Positions 29,096 to 38,885 of a stretch of 64,000 bases of DNA are shown here, in pieces. The notes below the pieces were generated by a model. It made no database searches, was not told where the DNA came from, and saw only the letters and a list, made by a program, of their open reading frames with translations. Numbering within the stretch: position 1 is the stretch's first letter; every line of letters begins with the position of its first letter. A program made the translations under genes and the position numbers. The stretch lies in the NCBI GenBank assembly GCA_963716855.1, contig CAVQUV010000020.1:77271-141270 (forward strand), given 5' to 3'. The stretch comes from an uncultured beta proteobacterium (GTDB taxonomy: Bacteria; Pseudomonadota; Gammaproteobacteria; Burkholderiales; SG8-39).

Positions 29096-30291
29096 CCCGG
29101 AACCGCCTCGTCCTGATCCTCTGCGCCGCCGGGGCGATCTGCGCGTTCACCTTCGGCATCCGCATGGCGACCGGGCTCTTTGTTGGGCCGATCAACACGC
29201 AGACCGGCATGGGGCTCGTCGCGATCAGCTTCGCGTTCGGTGTCGCGCAACTCGTGTGGGGCCTCGCCCAGCCGATCGCCGGCGCGATCGCCGACCGTTA
29301 CGGCGCGGGCCGCGTGATCACGGGCGGGATCCTGATGGTCGCAGCGGGCACCGCGCTGATTCCGTTCGCGGGGACGGCCGTCGCACTTGTCTTCGCGATC
29401 GGCGTGCTAGTCGCCGCGGGCGCGGGGGCCGCCGGCCTCTCGGTCCTCTTCGGCGCGATCGCGCGCTTGCTGCCGGTCGAGAAACGTGCGATGGCGAGCG
29501 GCATCGTGAACGCCGGCGGCTCGTTCGGCCAATTCACCATCGTGCCGCTCGCACAGGGGCTGATCACCTGGGGCGGATGGATGCCGGCGCTGTGGTGGCT
29601 CGCGATGTTGATGGCCGCGGCCCTGCCCCTCGCATGGGTCCTCAAGGGCAAGCACGAGTCAACGCCAGGGCACGCCAAGGAAGAGCGTCTGGGCGGCGCG
29701 ATCAAGCGCGCAGTCGGCGACCAGAACTACCTGCTGCTCAACGCCGGATTCTTCACTTGCGGCTTCCACGTGGCATTCATCATGACGCACCTGCCGGGCG
29801 TGGTTGCGTCGTGCCAGCTGCCGCCGGCCGTGGGTGCGTGGTCGCTCGCGGTGATCGGCCTATTCAACCTCGCCGGCAGCCTCGGCATTGGCTGGGCGAT
29901 GGGGCGATGGCGCTCGCGCTCGCTGCTGTCGATCGTTTACGCGACGCGCGCCGTCGCGGTGCTCCTCTTCCTCGCGGCGCCGAAAACCGAGCTGACCTTC
30001 ATCCTGTTCTCCGCGGTGCTCGGCCTGACCTGGCTCTCGACCGTGCCCCCGACCGCGGGGCTGGTCGCGAAGTTCTACGGACCACGCTACATGGCCACCC
30101 TGTTCGGCATCGTGATGCTGTCGCATCAGATCGGCGGCTTCCTTGGCGCGTACCTCGGCGGCATGGCTTTCGCCGCAACGGGGTCTTACGACTGGATGTG
30201 GTGGGCCGACATCGCGCTCGCGCTCTTCGCGGCGGCAGTCCATCTGCCGATCAGGGAAAAGCCGGTCCGCGTCGTGCCTGTGCCCGCGTAG
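29092..30291 (+). CDS. MFS transporter
   Basis: ATG 29092 overlaps marR stop (ATGA); 399 aa, about 12 predicted TM segments, MFS loop motif-like GAIADRYGAGRV. Confidence 0.85.
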   Translation: MTRNRLVLILCAAGAICAFTFGIRMATGLFVGPINTQTGMGLVAISFAFGVAQLVWGLAQPIAGAIADRYGAGRVITGGILMVAAGTALIPFAGTAVALVFAIGVLVAAGAGAAGLSVLFGAIARLLPVEKRAMASGIVNAGGSFGQFTIVPLAQGLITWGGWMPALWWLAMLMAAALPLAWVLKGKHESTPGHAKEERLGGAIKRAVGDQNYLLLNAGFFTCGFHVAFIMTHLPGVVASCQLPPAVGAWSLAVIGLFNLAGSLGIGWAMGRWRSRSLLSIVYATRAVAVLLFLAAPKTELTFILFSAVLGLTWLSTVPPTAGLVAKFYGPRYMATLFGIVMLSHQIGGFLGAYLGGMAFAATGSYDWMWWADIALALFAAAVHLPIREKPVRVVPVPA

Positions 30292-30340
30292 TAGCAGCGC
30301 ACCGATCGGTTGCTCGCGAGGTGCGCGGTCGATCGGGCCC

Positions 30341-30400
30341 GCTGCGGTCCACCTGCCCATCCGCGAAAAGCCGGTGCGGGTCGTGCCGGTGCCGGCGTAA
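30341..30400 (+). pseudogene. Orphan duplicate of the last 19 codons + stop of the MFS gene
   Basis: Encodes AAVHLPIREKPVRVVPVPA*, identical to the MFS C-terminus (30232-30291), with differences in 10 of 20 codons, none changing an amino acid (nine synonymous sense-codon changes plus stop TAG vs TAA). Confidence 0.6.
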
Positions 30401-30589
30401 CGAGATTGTTAAACGGTGTCGACGTGCGTGGACATTCCGCACGCTTTAACAATCCTTGACACTCTGTCGCGCCTCGCGTGAGCACAATTGCGCCGTGCGC
30501 TCCTCCGCCTTCCCGGGCCCGGCGGGTGAGATTCAAGGGATCGACGGCGACGGACAGCGCACACCGGTTTCTTCTGGGGGAGGGCGCAC

Positions 30590-30844
30590 ATGCAGCATCC
30601 GGTCGTAGTCGTGTCGTTCGCGAGTGGCGTGTGGGCAGCCGACGTCGAGGATGGCGCCGCGCGTCAGACCTTCCGTGAACGCTATCCCGCGCTCGAGTGG
30701 GCCCATCGCTGGGCTCAGTCGCACCGACCCAGTCTCGTCCGGGTGTTGCGGCAGGACGGGATAGTCGAAGACGAATGGGCCTATGGCCCCTTCAAGGGGA
30801 TCCGCCGCATGGGTCCGGTCGACGTCCGGGTTGCGACGCAATGA
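30590..30844 (+). CDS. Small hypothetical protein (distantly DUF2188-like)
   Basis: 84-aa ORF; stop overlaps next start (ATGA at 30841). Confidence 0.5.
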   Translation: MQHPVVVVSFASGVWAADVEDGAARQTFRERYPALEWAHRWAQSHRPSLVRVLRQDGIVEDEWAYGPFKGIRRMGPVDVRVATQ

Positions 30845-31077
30845 ACGTCTTCGTGGTCTACCCGAACGCGCGCGCCGGCTGGGAGCTCCTGCGCGAGGGG
30901 GATGCCGCGCCGCTGCATTTCCGCGCCAAGGACGACGCGATCGGTTATGCGCGCTGCCTGGCCGTCGCGAATCGGCCAAGCGCGCTCAAGATCGAAACCG
31001 CCTTCGGGCAGCTCGAGACCGGCTGGGTCTTCGACGGCGCGGGCGCCCCGCGTCCGATTCGCTCGCAGCACGCCTAG
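30841..31077 (+). CDS. DUF2188-like small protein
   Basis: 78 aa; VVYPNARAGWELLREGDAAPLHFRAKDDAIGYARCLA resembles the DUF2188 pattern (V.P...GW.v...g....f.tk.eAi..A). Confidence 0.55.
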   Translation: MNVFVVYPNARAGWELLREGDAAPLHFRAKDDAIGYARCLAVANRPSALKIETAFGQLETGWVFDGAGAPRPIRSQHA

Positions 31078-31089
31078 CGCGCAGCGCGT

Positions 31090-31530
31090 TTACTGGCGGC
31101 CGTCGATCGGGCGGCCGCTCTCGCGGTACTCCTCTTTCACCACGCTCGATCCGCGGAATTCGGGGCGAATGTCCTGCTCCGCCGTCGGGGGCGGCGGCAC
31201 GAACGGCCCGGGCTGGTGCTGTACCGATGTGTCCGGCGGGGCCGCAGGCGCCAAGCGTTCGAGCCGCTCCACTCGATAGCGGTACGCGGCCATTTCCGCC
31301 GGTGAGCATCGGCCGTATCGATAGCACGACGGCCACGTTTCCGGGCTCCGCGGGACGAGCGGCGCCGTAGCCCAGGGATCGACGATTGCGTAAGGAGCGT
31401 ATCCGCCATACAAGGGCGGGCCGTACCCGCCGTACACGATCCCGGCGCCACCCCCGATCACGACCTGCCCGAACGCCGGCTGAGCGGCGAACGAGAGCGC
31501 GGCGCAAAGCAGGGTGGCTGCGCGCTGCAT
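31090..31530 (-). CDS. Secreted Gly/Tyr/Pro-rich hypothetical protein
   Basis: ATG 31530 with SD GAGGTG; signal peptide MQRAATLLCAALSFAAQPAFG; 146 aa. Confidence 0.6.
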   Translation of the reverse strand: MQRAATLLCAALSFAAQPAFGQVVIGGGAGIVYGGYGPPLYGGYAPYAIVDPWATAPLVPRSPETWPSCYRYGRCSPAEMAAYRYRVERLERLAPAAPPDTSVQHQPGPFVPPPPTAEQDIRPEFRGSSVVKEEYRESGRPIDGRQ

Positions 31531-31534
31531 GGGA

Positions 31535-31873
31535 TCACCTCGCATCCGGGTCGCCGCCCGCCCTGCGCAGACGCCGTGCATACACGGTCATCTCCTTCGC
31601 GGCTTGCTGGTCGCCGCGGGCCGTGGCCACCACGATTCCGCGAGCGTACGCTTCCAGCGCGTCCTCCGCGCGCCCGGCCTCGGCGAGCGCGCGACCGAGG
31701 AGTTTCCAGGCCGCCGAGTAGTCCGGATCGCGCGTCACCGCCTCGCGCAGCTGCGCTGCGGCGTTCGACGGGTCGCCCGCCTTCAGGTACTCGCTTCCGA
31801 TCGAAAAGCGCAGCAGTGCACCGTCGCGCGTCGTGCCGACGAGTCTGAGCAGCGTGGGGAGGGGTGCGGTCAC
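31535..31873 (-). CDS. Tetratricopeptide-repeat (TPR) protein
   Basis: 112 aa from GTG 31873; TPR-like helices (YLKAGDPSNAAAQLREAVTRDPDYSAAWKLLGRALAEAGRAEDALEAY). Confidence 0.65.
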   Translation of the reverse strand: MTAPLPTLLRLVGTTRDGALLRFSIGSEYLKAGDPSNAAAQLREAVTRDPDYSAAWKLLGRALAEAGRAEDALEAYARGIVVATARGDQQAAKEMTVYARRLRRAGGDPDAR

Positions 31874-31918
31874 CGGGTTAACATTCCCACCGATGCAAGC
31901 CTACCCTGATCGAATCAC

Positions 31919-34075
31919 ATGGCCAAGGCCGTGCCGGCGGTGAGCGCGAAGAAGGCGAAGGGCGGCGGCGCAGCGTCGGCCACCGGCGCGCGCGCGTCGC
32001 CCTTTGCGGCTCCCGCGTCGCTCCGCGGAAAGCTCGCGAAGCTGGGGCTGAACACCGATTTCGATCTCGTCCTCCACCTGCCGTTGCGCTACGAGGACGA
32101 GACGCACGTGACGCCGATCGCAGCAGTGCGACACGGCGCGCCGGTGCTCGTCGAGGGCGAGGTCCTGTCGAGCGACGTTGCCTACCGCCCGCGCAGGCAG
32201 CTGGTGTTGAAGGTGCGCGACGAGTCCGGGCTCCTGTTCGTGCGCTTCCTCAACTTCTACCCCAGCCACGCGCGCAGCCTCGCGGCCGGCGCGCGCGTGC
32301 GGCTGTTCGGCGAGGTGCGGCCCGGCTTCTTCGGCGGCGAGATGGTGCACCCGCGCTTCCGCGTCGTGCGCGGCCCCGAGCCGCTCGCCGAAGCGCTGAC
32401 GCCGGTCTATCCCACGACCGCGGGGCTCCCGCAGGCGGTGCTGCGCCGGATGGTGAACGAGGCGCTCGATCGCGCGGACGTTTCGGAGACGCTGCCGGAG
32501 GACGTGCGCGAACGCCTGAGCCTCGTGCCGTTCGCGGACGCGGTGCGCGCGCTGCACCGCCCCGCCCCCGATGCCGACGCCGGCGCGCTCGAGGCGCGCA
32601 CGCACCCGGCGTGGCGCCGGATGAAGTTCGACGAGCTGCTCGGCCAGCAGCTCTCAATGCGCCTGCACTATCGCGCACGGCGCCGGGACCGGGCCCCTGC
32701 GCTCGCCCCGGTCGCGACGCTCACCGCGCGACTGCTCGATGGGCTCCCGTTCCGCCTTACGCGTGCGCAGATACGCGTCTGGAACGAGATCCAGCACGAT
32801 CTCGCCGAGGCACACCCGATGAACCGCCTGCTCCAGGGCGATGTCGGGAGCGGCAAGACCGTCGTCGCGGCGCTAGCGGCGCTGCGCGCGGTGGAAAACG
32901 GCGGGCAGACCGCGGTGATGGCTCCCACCGAGATCTTGGCCGAGCAGCATCATCGCAAGTTCGCCGAATGGCTCGAACCGCTCGGCGTGCGCGTCGCACG
33001 GCTCGCGGGCGGTACGGGCGCGCGGGAGCGCACGCAAGCGCTCGCCGCAGTCGCCGCGGGTGAAGTGCAAGTCGTCGTCGGTACGCACGCCCTGTTCCAG
33101 GCGAAGGTCGAGTTCGCACGGCTTGCCCTCGCCGTCGTCGACGAGCAGCACCGCTTCGGCGTGCGCCAGCGGCTCGCATTGCGCGACAAGGCGCGCCCCC
33201 TGGTCAAGGCGGGTGCGAAGCGCAGCGAACCGGGCGGCACCGCCGGCACCTACGCACCCCATCAGCTGATGATGAGCGCCACGCCGATCCCGCGGACGCT
33301 CTCGATGAGCTACTACGCCGACCTCGACGTCTCGGTGATCGACGAGCTTCCGCCCGGCCGCACGCCGGTCGTGACGAAGCTCGTCGCGGACGCGCGGCGC
33401 GACGAGGTGATCCACCGCATTCGGGACGCCTGCCGCGAAGGCCGCCAGGCCTACTGGGTGTGCCCGCTGATCGAGGAGTCGGAGGCGCTGGAGCTCCAGA
33501 CGGCGATCGACACCCACGCGCGGCTCGCGGGGGAACTGCCGGACCTCGCGGTCGGGCTCGTGCACGGACGGCTCGCGCCGGCGGAGAAGGCACGGGTCAT
33601 GGGCGACTTCAAGGCGGGCCGCGTCCAGCTGCTCGTCGCGACCACGGTGATCGAGGTCGGCGTCGACGTGCCGAACGCGTCGCTGATGGTCATCGAGCAC
33701 GCCGAGCGCTTCGGGCTCGCGCAGCTCCACCAGCTGCGCGGCCGCGTGGGCCGCGGGGCTGTCGAGAGCGCGTGCATCCTGCTCTACCAGAACCCGCTGT
33801 CGGAGGCCGCCCGCGCACGGCTGCGCATCGTCTTCGAGCACGCCGACGGGTTCCGCATCGCGCACGAGGACCTCGTGCTGCGCGGCCCCGGCGAGTACCT
33901 CGGCGCGCGCCAGAGCGGGGTGCCGCTGCTGCGCTTCGCGGACCTCACGCGCGACGTGGAGCTGCTCGAGGCCGCGCGCACCGTCGCCGAATCGATGCTC
34001 GACCGCCATCCGGACGACGCGGCCCTCCACGTCCGCCGCTGGATGAGCGGGCGGGCCGAGCTGCTGCGCGCGTAG
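31919..34075 (+). CDS. recG: ATP-dependent DNA helicase RecG
   Basis: 718 aa; wedge domain, helicase motifs [35 protein letters not shown]. Confidence 0.95.
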   Translation: MAKAVPAVSAKKAKGGGAASATGARASPFAAPASLRGKLAKLGLNTDFDLVLHLPLRYEDETHVTPIAAVRHGAPVLVEGEVLSSDVAYRPRRQLVLKVRDESGLLFVRFLNFYPSHARSLAAGARVRLFGEVRPGFFGGEMVHPRFRVVRGPEPLAEALTPVYPTTAGLPQAVLRRMVNEALDRADVSETLPEDVRERLSLVPFADAVRALHRPAPDADAGALEARTHPAWRRMKFDELLGQQLSMRLHYRARRRDRAPALAPVATLTARLLDGLPFRLTRAQIRVWNEIQHDLAEAHPMNRLLQGDVGSGKTVVAALAALRAVENGGQTAVMAPTEILAEQHHRKFAEWLEPLGVRVARLAGGTGARERTQALAAVAAGEVQVVVGTHALFQAKVEFARLALAVVDEQHRFGVRQRLALRDKARPLVKAGAKRSEPGGTAGTYAPHQLMMSATPIPRTLSMSYYADLDVSVIDELPPGRTPVVTKLVADARRDEVIHRIRDACREGRQAYWVCPLIEESEALELQTAIDTHARLAGELPDLAVGLVHGRLAPAEKARVMGDFKAGRVQLLVATTVIEVGVDVPNASLMVIEHAERFGLAQLHQLRGRVGRGAVESACILLYQNPLSEAARARLRIVFEHADGFRIAHEDLVLRGPGEYLGARQSGVPLLRFADLTRDVELLEAARTVAESMLDRHPDDAALHVRRWMSGRAELLRA

Positions 34076-34110
34076 CGTCGCACGCGCGGGTTCTTGCGAC
34101 AATAGCGGCC

Positions 34111-35073
34111 ATGAACACCACGGCACTGCGCACGAAGCTCGATCTCTACGAACGGCTGATGCGGCTGGACAAGCCGATCGGCACGCTGCTCCTGCTCTGG
34201 CCGACGCTCTGGGCGCTGTGGATCGCGGCCGCGGGGCAGCCGACCTGGGCGCTGATCGTGATCTTTTCGCTCGGCACGCTGCTCATGCGCTCCGCGGGCT
34301 GCGTCATGAACGACCTTGCGGACGCGGGCTACGACCGGCATGTCGAGCGCACGCGCAACCGGCCGTTGGCGACCGGCGCGGTCACGCGCGGCGAGGCGGT
34401 CGCGCTGGCCGGTTTTCTGGTGCTCTGCTCGTTTGCGCTGGTCTTGTTCCTCAACGGCCTCACGATCCTGTTGTCGGTGGTGGCCCTGTTCCTCGCCGCG
34501 ACCTACCCGCTCACGAAGCGTTTCCTCGCGGTCCCGCAGGCCTATCTCGGCATTGCCTTCGGGTTCGGAATCCCGATGGCCACCACGGCGCAGCTCGGCG
34601 AGCTGACGACGAGCGCCTGGCTGCTGCTGGCGGCGAACATTTTCTGGGCGATTGCCTACGACACCGAATACGCGATGGTCGACCGCGACGACGACGTGCG
34701 GATCGGCATCAAGACCGCGGCGATCACCTTCGGCCGCTTCGACGTCGCCGCCGTGATGACGTGCTATGCGGCGATGCTCGCGATTCTCGCGTACGTCGGC
34801 TTCGCCGAAGGTCTCGCCTGGCCGTACCATGCCGGGCTAGCGATCGCGGCAGCCATGATGGGGTACCACTACACGCTGATCCGCGGCCGCAGCCGCGAGG
34901 GATGCTTCAAGGCATTCCTGCATAACAACTGGGTCGGTGGTGCGATCTTCGCGGGAATCCTCGCCTCCTACGCTTCGGCCGGTGCATGGCCGGTGACGGC
35001 GGCGGGCGGCGAGCCGCAAACTGTGAACAGTAAGCCGTTGCCCGCGGATTCGCCGTTCACTATCCGCCCGTAA
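34111..35073 (+). CDS. ubiA: 4-hydroxybenzoate octaprenyltransferase
   Basis: 320 aa; UbiA prenyltransferase motifs [21 protein letters not shown] and [13 protein letters not shown]; C-terminal ~30 aa extension. Confidence 0.9.
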   Translation: MNTTALRTKLDLYERLMRLDKPIGTLLLLWPTLWALWIAAAGQPTWALIVIFSLGTLLMRSAGCVMNDLADAGYDRHVERTRNRPLATGAVTRGEAVALAGFLVLCSFALVLFLNGLTILLSVVALFLAATYPLTKRFLAVPQAYLGIAFGFGIPMATTAQLGELTTSAWLLLAANIFWAIAYDTEYAMVDRDDDVRIGIKTAAITFGRFDVAAVMTCYAAMLAILAYVGFAEGLAWPYHAGLAIAAAMMGYHYTLIRGRSREGCFKAFLHNNWVGGAIFAGILASYASAGAWPVTAAGGEPQTVNSKPLPADSPFTIRP

Positions 35074-35116
35074 ACGGTTACCGTTCGGCTCCTCACCGGT
35101 CATTCACGCGATACAC

Positions 35117-35905
35117 ATGGATCTCGGACTCAAGGACCGTGTCGTCCTGATCACCGGCGGCAGCAAGGGCATCGGCCTCGCGTGCGCCAAGGCGTTCCTG
35201 GCCGAAGGCGCGAAGGTCGCCATCGCATCACGCAGCAAGGTCAACCTCGTCGCAGCCGAGCGGCAGCTCAAGGCCGAGGGGCGCGAAGTGATGAAGGTAT
35301 CCGGGGACCTGATCGATCCCGCCAATGCGCGCCGCATGGTCGCCGAAGTGGAGCAGGCGCTCGGACCGATCGACGTGCTGGTCAACTCCGCGGGCGGTGC
35401 GAAGCGCACGCCGCCCGAGGAGCTCACCCCCGAAGCCTGGCGCGCGGCGATGGACGCGAAGTACTTCACGTACGTCCACGCGATCGACGCGGTGATCAAG
35501 GGCATGGCGAGCCGCAAGCGGGGGGCGATCGTCAACGTCATCGGCAGCGGGGGCAAGATCGCGAGCCGCACGCACCTGCCGGGGGGCGCCGCGAACGCGG
35601 CATTGATGCTCGTGACCGCAGGACTTGCGAACGCCTACGGACCGCAGGGCGTGCGCGTGAATGCGGTCAATCCCGGCGCGACGCTCACCGACCGGCTGAA
35701 AGCCAGGATGGAGACCGACGCGCGTGCGGCCGGGATCACCCCGGACGAGGCCCTGAGGCGTGCGACCGACCGCGCGCCGCTCGGCCGGCTCGCGCAGCCC
35801 GAGGAGATCGCCAACGCGGTGCTGTTCCTCGCTTCCGACAAGGCGAGCTACGTCAGCGGGGCGGTGATCGCCATGGACGGGGCGTCGAACCCGATCGTGG
35901 TCTGA
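35117..35905 (+). CDS. SDR family oxidoreductase (FabG-like)
   Basis: 262 aa; TGGSKGIG, NSAG, catalytic-region and PG motif. Confidence 0.85.
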   Translation: MDLGLKDRVVLITGGSKGIGLACAKAFLAEGAKVAIASRSKVNLVAAERQLKAEGREVMKVSGDLIDPANARRMVAEVEQALGPIDVLVNSAGGAKRTPPEELTPEAWRAAMDAKYFTYVHAIDAVIKGMASRKRGAIVNVIGSGGKIASRTHLPGGAANAALMLVTAGLANAYGPQGVRVNAVNPGATLTDRLKARMETDARAAGITPDEALRRATDRAPLGRLAQPEEIANAVLFLASDKASYVSGAVIAMDGASNPIVV

Positions 35906-36130
35906 GATGAAACCGATGCCGGAGGCATCGCTTTCGCTGACTTCGGGGAGCACGAGGGGGCGCCGCGGAGCGGCTTTGCCCTCTCGTGGCGTGCAGAACT
36001 GAGATGAAACCGATGCCGGAGGCATCGCTTTCGCTGACATCGGGGAGCACGAAGGGGCGCCGCGCAGCGGCCCGGTGGGGCGGAGGGGCCCCACCTCCTC
36101 CTTCGCCCCCTCGTGGCGTGCCGAACTGAG
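35902..36130 (+). repeat. Tandem direct repeat: unit 1 = 97 nt (35902-35998), unit 2 = 127 nt (35999-36125, same unit + 30-nt hairpin insertion), then 5-nt start of a third
   Basis: The first 73 nt of the units differ at 3 positions. Each unit contains CGATGCC-gga-GGCATCG and a long stem CACGAGGGGGC..GCCCTCTCGTG enclosing GCCGC-gga-GCGGC. Unit 1 starts at the SDR stop codon. Confidence 0.85.
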
Positions 36131-36140
36131 GCGAGCGCCG

Positions 36141-36728
36141 GTGGCGACCCCGCCCTATCCGCAGCTCGGCGCCGGCGAGCAGGTGCTCGCCGAGACGCCG
36201 CTCGGTGGCGCGACGGCGGTGCTCACCGACCGGCGTCTCGTGGTCGCAGGGCGCGGCCTGGACCAGAGCCTCCCGCTCGTCCACATTGCCGTCGTGCGGG
36301 TGCGCTTCGAGCGTGCGTTCGGCGCGGTCGCGCTCGGGGTGGCGCTGCTCATCGCGGCCCTGATGCTCTTCTCGATCACCTCGCCGCTGCGGACGCTCAT
36401 CCTCAACCAGAGCGTCGGGCTGGAGCCGGCCGCGAGCCAGGAACGCGCGACCAACCCCGACGGCGCGGGTGGAATCGCCGTCGCGGTGCAGCGGGTCCTC
36501 GAGGGTGCCGCCGGGATCGTGGGCGCGTTCCCGGTCGTAGGATGGCTGCTCCTGCTCACCGGCCTCGCGCGGATCGTGATCGGTGCGATCGGGCGGACCG
36601 TGGTGACGGTCGCGGCCGGTGGCGCCGAGGTCGAGTTCTCGAAGCGCGGGAACAGTCGCGAGTTGCAGGACTTTGTCGCCGAGGTTGGCCGACAGCTGCC
36701 GGGCCCGCCGCGCCCGGCGCCAGGGTGA
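36141..36728 (+). CDS. Hypothetical membrane protein (bacterial PH-domain-like N-terminus plus 2-3 TM segments)
   Basis: ORF 36075-36728; GTG 36141 chosen because upstream part lies in the tandem repeat; AVLTDRRLVVAG.. then hydrophobic helices. Confidence 0.55.
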   Translation: MATPPYPQLGAGEQVLAETPLGGATAVLTDRRLVVAGRGLDQSLPLVHIAVVRVRFERAFGAVALGVALLIAALMLFSITSPLRTLILNQSVGLEPAASQERATNPDGAGGIAVAVQRVLEGAAGIVGAFPVVGWLLLLTGLARIVIGAIGRTVVTVAAGGAEVEFSKRGNSRELQDFVAEVGRQLPGPPRPAPG

Positions 36729-36737
36729 TGTATTCCG

Positions 36738-36761
36738 CACCGCACGCGGACGCGTGCGGTG
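36738..36761 (+). terminator. Strong GC hairpin 3' of 36141-36728 (no T-tract)
   Basis: CACCGCACGCG-ga-CGCGTGCGGTG, 10-11 bp perfect stem starting 10 nt after stop codon. Confidence 0.35.
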
Positions 36762-36980
36762 CAGCGTGACGGACCTGCCACAGCGCTGGCACCAAACCGT
36801 CGCTATCCGCGCCCTATAACGGGGACGCATCGGGGCGGACGTTGCAGTGCGGCGGGTGAATCCGCCACACATCGCGACGCATCCCGGCGCGACGCGATTC
36901 CGCCCGCGCGTGAACCATCGCACACCTTCGCGCCTTCGCGACCGCGCAGCGTGAACTGCGCCGCCTCGCCCACGTGCCGC

Positions 36981-36996
36981 TGGCACCGCGCTTGCT
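36981..36996 (+). promoter_or_regulatory. Sigma54 (RpoN) -24/-12 promoter
   Basis: TGGCAC-cgcgc-TTGCT matches the consensus TGGCAC-N5-TTGCW exactly; 54 nt upstream of ATG 37050. Confidence 0.6.
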
Positions 36997-37049
36997 CCTC
37001 TCCGCAGCGGCGGCAGAACCGCCCCGACAACTTAAAGACGGAGGGGAAA

Positions 37050-37271
37050 ATGGACGAGGACCTGAGCGACATGACAGGCATCGAGGTCGAGGAGCTCGAG
37101 CACGAGTCGTTCGAGCCGATCACACCGGACGGCAACCAGCGCTGGCAGGGCCAGCTGCGCCGCACCGGGTCGGCGCGGGAGCTTCCGGGCCCCCAGCGCT
37201 TTCGCGACTACCCTGCGTGGCTGACCGAGCCGCACAAGAACCCGGCGCTCGAAGAAGAAGCGTCGGCCTGA
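37050..37271 (+). CDS. Small acidic hypothetical protein (73 aa)
   Basis: ATG 37050 with SD GGAGGGG 3 nt upstream; MDEDLSDMTGIEVEELEHESFEP..; no family recognised. Confidence 0.6.
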   Translation: MDEDLSDMTGIEVEELEHESFEPITPDGNQRWQGQLRRTGSARELPGPQRFRDYPAWLTEPHKNPALEEEASA

Positions 37272-37384
37272 CCGCACCGCATTCCTGAAGCATCCCGCCC
37301 CGACCGCTCGCGCCGGGGCGGCGGCGCTTTACCTCCCTTCCTCCGGCCGCTAGGCTACGGGGCCTTTCCCGCCCCGGAGCCCGC

Positions 37385-38851
37385 GTGCGTTACCAGGATC
37401 TGCGCGACTTCATCGCCCAGCTCGAGAAGCTCGGCGAGCTGAAGCGCGTTGCCGCCGAGGTGGATCCGCGCCTCGAGATGACCGAGATCTGCGACCGCGT
37501 GCTGCGCGCGGGCGGTCCCGCGATTCTCTTCGAGAGGCCGCGCGGGCACCGGATTCCGGTCCTGGGAAACCTGTTCGGCACGCCGCGCCGCGTTGCGCTG
37601 GGAATGGGCGCCGACTCCGTCGAAGCGCTGCGCGACATCGGCAAGCTGCTCGCCTTCCTGAAGGAGCCGGAGCCCCCGCAGGGCTTCAAGGACGTGATGG
37701 AGCGCTGGATTCCGATCGGCCGCCAGGTGATGCACATGGCGCCGAAGGAAGTGTCGGGCGCGCCGTGCCAGCAGATCGTCTGGGAGGGCCGGGATGTCGA
37801 CCTTGCCCGGCTGCCCGTGCAGACGTGCTGGCCGGGCGATGCCGGGCCGCTCATCACCTGGGGGCTCGTGGCGACGCGCGGTCCGCACAAGAAACGCCAG
37901 AACCTCGGCATCTACCGCCAGCAGGTCATCGCGCCCAACAAGACCATCATGCGGTGGTTCGCCCATCGCGGCGGGGCGCTCGATTTCAGCGACCACTGCG
38001 CGGCGCGACCGGGCGCGCCGTTCCCGATCGCCGTCGCGCTCGGCGCCGACCCGGCGACGATCCTCGGCGCGGTCACCCCCGTGCCGGATACCCTGTCGGA
38101 GTACCAGTTCGCCGGGCTGCTGCGCGGGTCGCGCACCGAGATCGCCCGCTGCATCGGCTCCGACCTGAATGTGCCCGCGAGCGCGGAGATCGTGCTCGAG
38201 GGGGCGATCCAGCCGGGAGAGACCGCGCTCGAGGGGCCGTTCGGCGATCACACCGGGTACTACAACGAACGGGACGCTTTCCCGGTGTTCACGATCGAGC
38301 GCATCACGATGCGCCGCGACCCGGTCTATCACTCGACCTACACGGGCAAACCGCCCGACGAGCCCGCGGTGCTGGGTGTGGCGCTCAACGAGGTCTTCGT
38401 CCCGATCCTCCAGAAGCAGTTCCCCGAGATCGTCGACTTCTACCTGCCGCCCGAGGGCTGCTCCTACCGCCTGGCGGTGGTCAGCATGAAGAAGCAGTAC
38501 CCGGGCCACGCAAAGCGCGTCATGTTCGGGATCTGGAGCTTCCTCCGCCAGTTCATGTACACGAAGCTGATCGTCGTCACCGACGACGACGTCGATATCC
38601 GCGACTGGAAGGAGGTGGTCTGGGCGCTCACCACCCGCGTCGACGCGGCGCGCGACGTGACGATCGTCGAGAACACGCCGATCGACTACCTGGACTTCGC
38701 GAGCCCGGTGTCGGGCCTCGGCTCGAAGATGGGCATCGACGCGACGTCCAAGTGGACGGGCGAGACGACGCGCGAGTGGGGCCGGCCGATCGCGATGGAC
38801 CCGGCGACCCGGAAGCGCGTCGACGAGCTCTGGAGCTCGCTCGGGCTCTAG
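37385..38851 (+). CDS. ubiD: 4-hydroxy-3-polyprenylbenzoate decarboxylase
   Basis: 488 aa from GTG 37385 (SD GGAG); UbiD family sequence throughout ([20 protein letters not shown].., [10 protein letters not shown]..). Confidence 0.95.
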   Translation: MRYQDLRDFIAQLEKLGELKRVAAEVDPRLEMTEICDRVLRAGGPAILFERPRGHRIPVLGNLFGTPRRVALGMGADSVEALRDIGKLLAFLKEPEPPQGFKDVMERWIPIGRQVMHMAPKEVSGAPCQQIVWEGRDVDLARLPVQTCWPGDAGPLITWGLVATRGPHKKRQNLGIYRQQVIAPNKTIMRWFAHRGGALDFSDHCAARPGAPFPIAVALGADPATILGAVTPVPDTLSEYQFAGLLRGSRTEIARCIGSDLNVPASAEIVLEGAIQPGETALEGPFGDHTGYYNERDAFPVFTIERITMRRDPVYHSTYTGKPPDEPAVLGVALNEVFVPILQKQFPEIVDFYLPPEGCSYRLAVVSMKKQYPGHAKRVMFGIWSFLRQFMYTKLIVVTDDDVDIRDWKEVVWALTTRVDAARDVTIVENTPIDYLDFASPVSGLGSKMGIDATSKWTGETTREWGRPIAMDPATRKRVDELWSSLGL

Positions 38852-38864
38852 CGGCAAAGAAAAA

Positions 38865-38885
38865 GCCGGGCAGAGCCCGGCTCTT
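38865..38885 (+). terminator. Rho-independent-type terminator after ubiD
   Basis: GCCGGGC-aga-GCCCGGC followed by tctt; preceded by A-run. Confidence 0.55.
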
